DNA of 64,000 nucleotides from a virus. Where the stretch lies: the IMG/VR virus record IMGVR_UViG_3300035698_007355, positions 1 to 64,000 of that record, one strand, 5' to 3'. The notes under the pieces were generated by a model. It made no database searches. It was not told the origin of the DNA and was given only the letters and a program-made list of their open reading frames with translations. Of the stretch, positions 51,576 through 59,501 are shown one piece after another. The translations under genes and the position numbers were made by a program. Numbering within the stretch: the stretch's first letter is position 1; each line of letters starts with the position of its first letter.

Positions 51576-51827
51576 ATGGTTGAAATATGTGAACCTGAAT
51601 GTCCATATTGTTATAGTGGAAAAATAGTAATGGACACTAATGTTCCAAGTATATTATTTTGTAATAGATGTTTTAAAGAAGTTAAATTAAAGAAATTTGA
51701 GAGGTGAAAGACAATGAATTGTCCAGCATGTGGAATAGGAGAAAAATACCAAATACCAACTAAAACAGAGAACAAAGTTCAGTGTAGAGGGTGTGGTACA
51801 ATATTTTTTGATAAAACAAAATTATAG
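51576..51827 (+). CDS. Two tiny Zn-ribbon ORFs (51576-51707 and 51714-51827)
   Basis: CPYC..CNRC and CPAC..CRGC; GAGGTGA RBS before the second. Confidence 0.5.
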
Positions 51828-51835
51828 AGGTTAAA

Positions 51836-52045
51836 ATGAGTGAGAAAAAAGAAAGAGTAGGAATAGTTCAAGCAATCACAAATATTGAAGAGTATTTTGT
51901 TAAAGAAAAGTTAACAGCTCACGAAATACTTATAATATTAAGAGATTTAGAGAATACAGCGATAGTGGCATTAGTTTTAGGTGCACACGAAGAAAGACAA
52001 AAAACAAAAGCTAAAGAATTGAAAGATGAAGCGCCAACTAAATAA
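51836..52045 (+). CDS. Hypothetical protein
   Basis: GAGGT RBS. Confidence 0.5.
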   Translation: MSEKKERVGIVQAITNIEEYFVKEKLTAHEILIILRDLENTAIVALVLGAHEERQKTKAKELKDEAPTK

Positions 52046-52763
52046 ATTTGATGTCCAAGCTATAAGTGATGGAGTTTTAAATACATTTTTAGTAACTTTT
52101 ACTAAAGATTCTAAAACACTACAAGCTCACGACTATATGATTATAGAAGATGAGGACTTTAAAGGAAAAATACTTGATGTAGGGTGTGGTCCAGGGAAGT
52201 TAGCTATAATGGCTAAATTACTCAATGAGGACTTAGATATTACTATATTTGATGGCAGTGTTGTTAATTTACAAATAGCTATGTCACTAATATATAATGC
52301 AGGGCTTAATGAATATTTTAATAAAAGTATAAAAGCTGAATTAGGTCTAATTGGAAAGAAATTAGAGCATAGATATGATACTATAGTACTAAATCACATT
52401 TTAGAACATTTAGATAGCTTAGATGAAGCGTTTGACTGGTTAAATGAAATATTAGAGCCTGGTGGAACAATTTTTATAGCAGTTCCTTATAAAGACTTTC
52501 ATTACAGTCAAAATCACACAAGATTTTTTAAAGTATCAAGTGATACTAATAATAATGGAATATTAGACCCAGACCATAAGTGTTTTGATATAGATACTTA
52601 TTTAGATGGTTTAGGAATAGATGCAGAAATAACAATATTTGATGAAAGTCAAGTAGACATAAGACAGCCATATAATAGTCGTGGACAATTAGATATGTTA
52701 ATCAAAATCAAAAAACCTGGTAACGAAGTAGTATCATCAGACACAATATTAAGCAAACACTGA
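52026..52763 (+). CDS. Class I SAM-dependent methyltransferase
   Basis: ILDVGCGPG, YDTIVLNHILEHL, LEPGGTIFIAVP. Confidence 0.9.
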   Translation: MKRQLNKFDVQAISDGVLNTFLVTFTKDSKTLQAHDYMIIEDEDFKGKILDVGCGPGKLAIMAKLLNEDLDITIFDGSVVNLQIAMSLIYNAGLNEYFNKSIKAELGLIGKKLEHRYDTIVLNHILEHLDSLDEAFDWLNEILEPGGTIFIAVPYKDFHYSQNHTRFFKVSSDTNNNGILDPDHKCFDIDTYLDGLGIDAEITIFDESQVDIRQPYNSRGQLDMLIKIKKPGNEVVSSDTILSKH

Positions 52764-52862
52764 TACCTTTACATACGTTACTCAACCTGACAGAACAAAG
52801 TTATACGTAACACACTTACGTACATTAAATCCTTACCATCATAATTATGCCCTGTAGCATAT

Positions 52863-52936
52863 GCCCTTGTAGCATAATTGGCTAGTGCAGTTGGTTTGTA
52901 ACCAACAGGTTGTCGGTTCGACTCCGACCAAGGGCT
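52863..52936 (+). tRNA. tRNA-Thr(TGT)
   Basis: Acceptor GCCCTTG/CAAGGGC; anticodon arm GTTGG-ttTGTaa-CCAAC; T-loop GTTCGAC; no encoded CCA. Confidence 0.92.
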
Positions 52937-52945
52937 TTTAGTATT

Positions 52946-53020
52946 GGGGCTGTAGCATAATCCGGTTAATGTGCCTGGCTGTTGACCAGAGGATTACAGG
53001 TTCAAATCCTGTCGGCTCCG
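52946..53020 (+). tRNA. tRNA-Asn(GTT)
   Basis: Acceptor GGGGCTG/CGGCTCC; CTGG-ctGTTga-CCAG; T-arm ACAGG-TTCAAAT-CCTGT. Confidence 0.85.
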
Positions 53021-53027
53021 CTTTTAT

Positions 53028-53099
53028 GCGTCATTGGTGTTAACGGTAGCATCTCTGGCTTCCAACCAGATGGAGTGAGTTCAAATCTTGCATGGCGCA
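53028..53099 (+). tRNA. tRNA-Gly(TCC)
   Basis: Acceptor GCGTCAT/ATGGCGC; TCTGG-ctTCCaa-CCAGA; T-loop TTCAAAT. Confidence 0.88.
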
Positions 53100-53102
53100 T
53101 AT

Positions 53103-53174
53103 GCCTCTATAGTGTAGTAGTTATCATCCGACGTTGTCTGCGTTGGGACGAGGGTGCAAGTCCCGTAAACTCCA
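53103..53174 (+). pseudogene. Degenerate or chimeric tRNA-Asp(GTC)
   Basis: D-arm and anticodon arm CGACG-ttGTCtg-CGTTG are present; acceptor halves GCCTCTA and AAACTCC do not pair. Confidence 0.6.
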
Positions 53175-53196
53175 TTTTTATTAAACAGGTGAGAAA

Positions 53197-53571
53197 ATGA
53201 AATTAACTAAAAGACAAATAGATAAATATCTGATTTTTTTAAACGAATACAAAGTCTATGTGGGATTACACGATTGGAAAATCATGTTAGACATTGAATT
53301 GCTGAAAGGCGACAGTTTAGCACATACACAGCCAGATAATATGGAAAAAGAGATGATAGTAACTTTATCAGAAGAATTTCTTGATAAGTCTGAAACGGTG
53401 CAGTGTAATATACTATTCCACGAATTAATGCATGGTAAAGTATGTATTCATAACAATATGATTAGAGCACATGTAGCTATACTTGAAGAACACTTTGTTA
53501 ATGATATAACAAGAGGGTTTGAAAAAGCTCTCGAAAAAGAATGGGTTAGCCTTAAAGAGGAGAAAAATTGA
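53197..53571 (+). CDS. HExxH metallopeptidase-like protein
   Basis: LFHELMHG followed by EEHFV. Confidence 0.65.
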   Translation: MKLTKRQIDKYLIFLNEYKVYVGLHDWKIMLDIELLKGDSLAHTQPDNMEKEMIVTLSEEFLDKSETVQCNILFHELMHGKVCIHNNMIRAHVAILEEHFVNDITRGFEKALEKEWVSLKEEKN

Positions 53572-53572
53572 A

Positions 53573-53981
53573 ATGAAAACAATGAACGATATGTATGGAG
53601 ATGGAAGCAAACACGAAGTTTGTGAAAAATGTGGTATGTGTATCACTTGCAAGGATTGTAAATGTCCAAAATATAAATACGAGATACGAAAATGAAGACA
53701 ATAAAAGAATATAACAGTTGTAAAGAACGATGGAAGAGAGCTAAAGCTAATTGGAAGAACTATGATAAAAACTTCCACACAGTAAGTAGAATAAGACTGT
53801 CAATCAATGGATTCTTAGATTATCAGAGGGATATAAAATGAGAGGCAAAACATGTATGAAGTGTGGGTCAACACGAATCGAAATGCTACAATCAGATGAA
53901 TATGCTTGTAAGGCATGCAGAACATATTATTCCTTGAGAGATATAACAGACGAAGAAATGATAGAGTGGTTTGTAAATTAA
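53573..53981 (+). CDS. Tiny Cys-rich/Zn-ribbon ORFs (53573-53695 and 53838-53981)
   Basis: CEKCGMCITCKDCKC; CMKC..CKAC. Confidence 0.45.
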
Positions 53982-54918
53982 TTCTAAAGAAAAAATGCAA
54001 TGAAGACTATAGAAAATCGTTGTGAGCGTAAGCGAGGGGATATTCTATCTCGATGGGACGGTTACGGGATAACAAATAAGATTTGTTACGTGTAGTAATA
54101 GGTTTTCTAAAATTTTAAAAAATTTTTCCGGAGGTACAGTATACACGTCTTATTAAATAAGACAGTAACTATTCTTTTTTAAGCTTATTTTTCATTGTTA
54201 CTACTCTTTAGTAACGTCATTTTGAAAATAAGTCAAATTCAAAAATCTAAAAGTAACTCGAACTTTTTCAAATCGAAACTTTTTTTCTCATAGTCGATTA
54301 ACGATAGTTAAGTCACTACTCTTCAAGGGCAACACTCGCACTAACGTCGCATCACATTGTCGCCCCTTCGCAGTAGTAACACTGTGTTGTTATTCTTTAG
54401 TAGTATATTGTTGTTGTTACTTAATAGTAATAATAATATTGTTATTCAATAGTAGTAACAAAAATGTTGTTTTAATGATTTAAAGCTTGTTTTAAGCTTC
54501 TTTAGTCATTTAAAGCTTGTTTTAGTCGAATGAACAAAAACAAAAACAATTTAAGCACTTTTTCTTTATTTAAAGACTAATTTAATCTATGATTATAGTA
54601 AAAAAGCTGTTTGCTTAAAACTTTTAATCATATCTTACAATCTTAATAAAAAAAGTCTTATAAACAAAACCTTTATAAAGAGTACTTCACATAATAATAA
54701 TATAAACAATCAAAAAAAAGTGTCTTAACAGAAGATACACGCATAACGAAAAAAGCATTTATAAGTAAAACTTTAAAATGCTAAATCTGAAACTTAGAAA
54801 TGAATAAAAGCATTTCGATTTATACTTTTCTTTTATAGTTAATGACGAATATTTAAGAGCAAAAAAAGTTTATAATCTTTTCTTTACGAAAGTTAAAAAA
54901 GATTTGAGAGTGTGAAAA

Positions 54919-55266
54919 ATGTCTAAAACAAAAATCGTTTTAAGTGAAATTAGTTTAAGTGAACAATTAAAGACTGCAAAAGCTTTAGTTTTAGAGCAAA
55001 ATGCAAAAATCGCAGAACAAACAAAAGCTATTGAAGAGCAAAAAATTAAACTTGCGAATTCAAAAGTGATTAAAACAGAATCTGAATTTTTCAGAAATAA
55101 AGATGTCGAAACTGCGAAAGTCTTTAAAAATATGTCAGAAACAATAAAGTTTTTTGAAGTCAAATTTCCCGATTTTGTAAAACAGATTTGTGAAGATGAA
55201 AAAAAAGTTTTAATAACTGCAAACGAATTTCATTATGTAATAGCAAGAAAGCTAAATCTTAAATAA
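54919..55266 (+). CDS. Early protein, paralog of 56303-56590
   Basis: Coiled coil plus SEFF..FKNMSETIKFFEV..P...C...FH. Confidence 0.75.
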   Translation: MSKTKIVLSEISLSEQLKTAKALVLEQNAKIAEQTKAIEEQKIKLANSKVIKTESEFFRNKDVETAKVFKNMSETIKFFEVKFPDFVKQICEDEKKVLITANEFHYVIARKLNLK

Positions 55267-55315
55267 TTTTTTTTATTTTTTTTCTTTTCAAATAAAAAAA
55301 TAAGAGTGTGATATT

Positions 55316-55578
55316 ATGACTAAAAAATTACAAATAGATTATATAAAATATGTTGATAACGTAATTATATTTAAAGACGTAAGAAAAAAAGACGAGTTGA
55401 TGAAAAAAAGAATATAAAACAACAAATCGAGAAAAACACAAAAGAAATCGAAAATAAACTATATGTTGAAATTTGCGAAATTATCACGAATGAAAATTTA
55501 AAAGATAGTGAAAAGACAAAACAAATAATAAACGTCTTTAAAGATTTCGATTTTTTTAATAATTTAGAACAATATTAA
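55316..55578 (+). CDS. Small ORF split by a -1 frameshift in an A-run
   Basis: MTKKLQIDY...VRKK continues in the -1 frame to NNLEQY*. Confidence 0.4.
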
Positions 55579-55628
55579 TAATTTTTTCTTTTCTTTTTTA
55601 GTAAAATAAAATAATGTGAGATGAAAAA

Positions 55629-55811
55629 ATGACAGATAAAATAAAAGAATTAATAGAAAATATTGAACAATTAAACGAAACAATACGAGAAACACAACAA
55701 AAACGAAAAGAACTAAAACAAGAATTAATTTATAATTTAGTTTCGGAAAGTGATTTTTTTAGTATTAATGTAAATCTTAAATCATTAACAAACAGATATT
55801 TAAGAAATTAA
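55629..55811 (+). CDS. Small coiled-coil protein
   Basis: ORF followed by a T-tract. Confidence 0.55.
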   Translation: MTDKIKELIENIEQLNETIRETQQKRKELKQELIYNLVSESDFFSINVNLKSLTNRYLRN

Positions 55812-56266
55812 TTTTTTTCTTTTTTTTTGTCTTTCTAATTAACGATAGTGAATTATATAGTCGAGCTGACGTCGATGTGCGCCTGTCGCCCCTCGCCAAT
55901 AGTAACACGACTTTATTCATACGGCGCTTATGTGACCTAATTACAACTGCAAAAAGGTGGCCGACTGTGTTCTTCTGGCGTTAATGCGGCCTAATTCTAA
56001 CTACAAAAAGTTGACGGGCTTTCTGAACAGGTGTTAGTGTGGATTTCGCCTCTGGCCAGTAGTAACAACGCCTCTCGCATTGTCGCCCCTTGGCAGTAGT
56101 AACACGGTGCCGCCCCTGAACAGTGATAACAGGTTGTTACTACTCTTGAGTGGTACCACATTGTCGCCCCTCTCCAGTAGTAACAAGGCGTTGCCACTGT
56201 CCAGTAACAAAAAAAGTGTTACTACTATATAGTGGATATTGTTGTTCATTTTTGGCCAGTGAAAAA

Positions 56267-56281
56267 CGAAACCTTTATATA
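56267..56281 (+). promoter_or_regulatory. BRE-TATA promoter
   Basis: CGAAACCTTTATATA about 22 nt before ATG 56303; related motifs at 54665, 56862 and 58086. Confidence 0.75.
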
Positions 56282-56302
56282 CTAGTCTTCATTACTAATA
56301 TT

Positions 56303-56590
56303 ATGGCAAAAGAAAAAAGTGTCGAGGCAAACGACCAAAAAGAACTTGCGGCTCTTAGAGCAGAAAATGAGGCTTTGAAAATCGCCTTATCAAAAACAGG
56401 CAAAAAAGAAGTTTCGGACTTTTTCTTTGTTGAGAAAACAGGCCTACCAATGAAATGGACTAACGTTTCGGAAACAAAAAAGTTTTTCGAGATTAACAGG
56501 CCTGAAGTTTTGGTTGAACTTTGCAAAACTTTGAAAGTGGAAATGCTTTCGTCAGCACAATTTCACCAATATCTTTTCGGACTCAAATGA
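56303..56590 (+). CDS. Early protein, paralog of 54919-55266
   Basis: MAKEKSVE...SDFF..WTNVSETKKFFEI..P...C...FH; real start is probably 56303. Confidence 0.75.
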   Translation: MAKEKSVEANDQKELAALRAENEALKIALSKTGKKEVSDFFFVEKTGLPMKWTNVSETKKFFEINRPEVLVELCKTLKVEMLSSAQFHQYLFGLK

Positions 56591-56957
56591 GTCCATTTTT
56601 TTTTGATTTTCAACTTAACGATAGTGAAGTGATGTTGATGTAGCCTTTTGCCTCTAGCCAGTAGTAACACACATAGTATGAAATGGCGCTAATGCGGCCT
56701 ATTTGTCTCTCCTAAAAGGTGGCCGAACTTATCAGGGCTATCACATTAGCCACAGACCGATTGCCTTATACCATACATATTGTTATTTAAGGATGTGTGT
56801 AACACTAATTGCTGCCTAAAAAAGTTGACCGAGTCACTATACACTAATGAATCGTGAAAAACGATAAGTTTATAAAGATTAGAATTAATACTATATTAGG
56901 CGCAAGAAAACTTGCTGTCTCGCCTTAGCGTTGTGTCGTAAACAACTGCCACAAAAA

Positions 56958-57459
56958 ATGAGTATATTAAACCTGTTTAAGAAGAAAGCCACAGTATATG
57001 TGGATTGGAATGCATTTCAAGACTTTATGGACTTCCACTCTACACACCAATTTCAACAAGACGTGCGGAAATCTAACTTGGAGGCTAAAAAATGAAACAA
57101 AATACAAAGGATATAAAAAATACCATACTAGTGTTAATTCTCTATATGGTAATTATAGTAGGATTTTTCTTACTAGGAGGGCTTTAAAATGATAATTGAG
57201 ATAGCCATAATAAGTCTGGCAAGAAGAAATGGTGGTTATAAAATTCCCACCGACCCATTTAATCCAATGTTTGATGCAAGATATCCATTAACTCTAGGAT
57301 ATAATATGGAGGTGGATTTAAATGTGTAAACACAAATGGTACCGAGAACTTAAAGCACCTTGCATTAGAGGAGGATGGCTAATGGTATATAGATGTCATT
57401 GGTGTAGAATTGTGGATTTCAAATACGACCACGATAAAGAATATATTAAGCCCCTATAG
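56958..57459 (+). CDS. Cluster of tiny ORFs (56958-57095; 57092-57187, one TM helix; 57322-57459, Zn-binding)
   Basis: Manual translation; ATGA overlap and GGAGG RBS. Confidence 0.4.
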
Positions 57460-57475
57460 GGGCTCCTTTTTTTTT
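57449..57475 (+). terminator. Hairpin plus oligo-T terminator
   Basis: AGCCCC-TATA-GGGGCT followed by T9. Confidence 0.7.
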
Positions 57476-57835
57476 GTTGCTGAAACTTAACGATAGTTAA
57501 TTGGTTCAATTGGCGTTGCTGTGGCCTAATTCCTTATGGAAAAAGGCACCCGAGTTATTTGAACAGGCGTGTGTGTGGCCTAATTCCCTCTCCTTAAAAA
57601 ACCTGGGGAAAAACAACCTATAGTAAGGGGGTTTTGTGCTTGGAATGCAAAATCTCCCCTAGTAAGGGTATTTAGTTAGGCCTTCAACCAGACGGACAGT
57701 CTCCACATAGCCACCAGACCGAAGGCGTAGGCCACAGTCCATCAGGATTTGTGCTTAAAAACGAGCCACAACAATATATACCTATATAGAGAGTAGAAGT
57801 TTTTCAGGAATCTAATGAGAGGCGAGGGAGGAATA

Positions 57836-57918
57836 CTATACTTGAGCCTATACCTCCAGCTATACTTGAGCCTATACTTGAGCCTATACTTTCCTATACC
57901 TCCAGCTATACCTAAGCC
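57836..57918. repeat. Tandem 12-bp repeat (CTATACTTGAGC / CTATACCTCCAG), 7 units
   Basis: Directly visible; one unit is 10 bp. Confidence 0.85.
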
Positions 57919-58226
57919 TTCTCAACAGCTTCCAAACCTTTCAGGATATTGTCTCTTACCAATGGTATTACTTACTAGGATATCTTGTAGCGGTTTTTGT
58001 TGCGGAGTGTTACTACTTGGATATAGTGAAACGTATTCTCTACTGGACAGTAGTTACAAAAGTGTTACTACTGGCTCGTGAAAATGACAACATTTATATA
58101 CTCACGAATCAATACTATACTAGGTTGAAAATCTATGATGAACCACTTCCACTAGCTATTGGTAAACTTTTTTTATTATAGTGGTGGAAAGTCTCCAAGG
58201 AGAGTTCATAGAGAGGTAAACTAAAA

Positions 58227-58685
58227 ATGGCAAAAAAAGATAAACAAGTGGAAGTATTGGACAACGACGCGGAAGTATTTACTACCAAGGTCGGTTGGAA
58301 CAGTGAAGATATGAAAGGCTTACCAGCACAGGCAGCAGGTTGGAAGGAAGGAGCAGCGCCCCATTTCTCAGTAGGACTTGGTATGTTAAAGGCAGTTGCT
58401 GAATCACCGAACACAAAGGAATTTGTAGTTGGAAACTATGTAGTTGGTGATGAAATAATTCCAATTATTGATGCTCCAGCTCTAACGCAGGACATTCTTA
58501 AAACCTACGCTGAATCTAAGGAACTTGAAATTCAAACCTTCAGACTAGCTGGAAGTAGAACTGGTGCCAGAAAAGAACTGGATGAGATTAAATCCACATT
58601 TGCTGGAATTGATGATGCGGCTATGAAAATTTTGGAAGAAACAAATCCAGAAGTCTATGCCAAAATTATGGGTTTCCAAGCGTAA
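58227..58685 (+). CDS. Hypothetical early protein
   Basis: Own TATA promoter, long leader, GAGGT RBS and T-tract terminator. Confidence 0.7.
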   Translation: MAKKDKQVEVLDNDAEVFTTKVGWNSEDMKGLPAQAAGWKEGAAPHFSVGLGMLKAVAESPNTKEFVVGNYVVGDEIIPIIDAPALTQDILKTYAESKELEIQTFRLAGSRTGARKELDEIKSTFAGIDDAAMKILEETNPEVYAKIMGFQA

Positions 58686-58767
58686 TTCTGGAATCCAAAG
58701 CACCCCACTAATTTTTTTTCTTTTTATTTTTCCATATATCAAAGCATATCTATAACGGAGGAAAACA

Positions 58768-59253
58768 ATGCCTATACGAATAAATCCAGATACTGATAAG
58801 TCCACATTACAAAGACGGGCTACTCAAGCCACAATAAAATTTCTAAGTAAATATCCAAAGTTCATTTACAGCACAAATAATCCTATTTCTATACTCCAAC
58901 AAGACAATCCAAAGCTAGATTTATCCATATTTAATAATTCTCCAGAACTACTGGCATCATTTGTGTCCGATTTAGTTGAAGGAACTCATATTGAATGGAC
59001 TGTATATAAAATCCAATACTCCGAACTTGTGATGGAACAGAGTAAAGGAAGACCAGAACCGAACAGAAAAAGCGGTGGTGTTCCCGTCCATAAAACAGAA
59101 CGCCAAGCACAAATGTATCAAAGATGGGGACAAACTCATACACCAAATCTAAATCTAGGAAAGTATAAAACCGATAAAGAAAGGATAAAAGCTATCCTTA
59201 AAAGTGATTGTGCGCCACAAATAAAGGCAGAACTACTAGGGGTTTACAAATGA
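58768..59253 (+). CDS. Hypothetical protein
   Basis: GGAGG RBS. Confidence 0.6.
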   Translation: MPIRINPDTDKSTLQRRATQATIKFLSKYPKFIYSTNNPISILQQDNPKLDLSIFNNSPELLASFVSDLVEGTHIEWTVYKIQYSELVMEQSKGRPEPNRKSGGVPVHKTERQAQMYQRWGQTHTPNLNLGKYKTDKERIKAILKSDCAPQIKAELLGVYK

Positions 59254-59501
59254 ACCAAAGTTTTTTTGGCAGAGCCACATTAACACCAATTGGCGCCCTA
59301 AAAAGAACACCGGACATTTTTGGCTAACCCACATTCGCGCCAATTGGCACACCTAAAAGTAAACCGGGCTTTTTCACAATACCCATACCAAAAAACATCA
59401 AAAAGGCATCGAATCATATACCTAAACCTATGGTTAGATACCATCACCTATATACTATTTACTAAATTGGACGGGTAAAAAGCATACCGGAGGTATCAAA
59501 A

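Larger units (their letters stand above)
54135..55881. other. GG/CC-depleted block, probable terminal/earliest region
   Basis: Only five GG/CC-containing runs found by manual scan in ~1.75 kb. Confidence 0.8.
54358..56669 (+). repeat. Dispersed (TGTC)GCCYCT-N3-4-CAGTAGTAACA motif family
   Basis: Copies near 54358, 55884, 56047, 56081, 56110, 56162 and 56650; inverted core GTTACTACT near 54197, 56136, 56218, 58009 and 58064. Confidence 0.8.
54298..57500 (+). repeat. Dispersed TTAACGATAGT[TG]AA motif, 4 copies
   Basis: At 54298, 55839, 56615 and 57487, each just after a T-tract. Confidence 0.85.

Noticed and set aside
52863-53174. tRNA as a prophage attachment site
   Set aside because: No integrase and no host-like genes on either side; viral-type genes continue across it.
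52982-53200. 72-aa ORF
   Set aside because: Overlaps three tRNA genes.
55884-56200. GTCGCCCC-containing repeats as a mini-CRISPR array
   Set aside because: Repeats are degenerate, spacing is irregular, intervening stretches are mostly too short for spacers, and no cas genes are present.
56150-56302. N-terminal extension of the 146-aa ORF
   Set aside because: Runs through repeat motifs and the TATA promoter; similarity to the paralog supports a start at 56303.
57815-58081. 88-aa ORF with YLSL repeats
   Set aside because: Translation of the 12-bp DNA repeat and motif-rich spacer; no convincing RBS.
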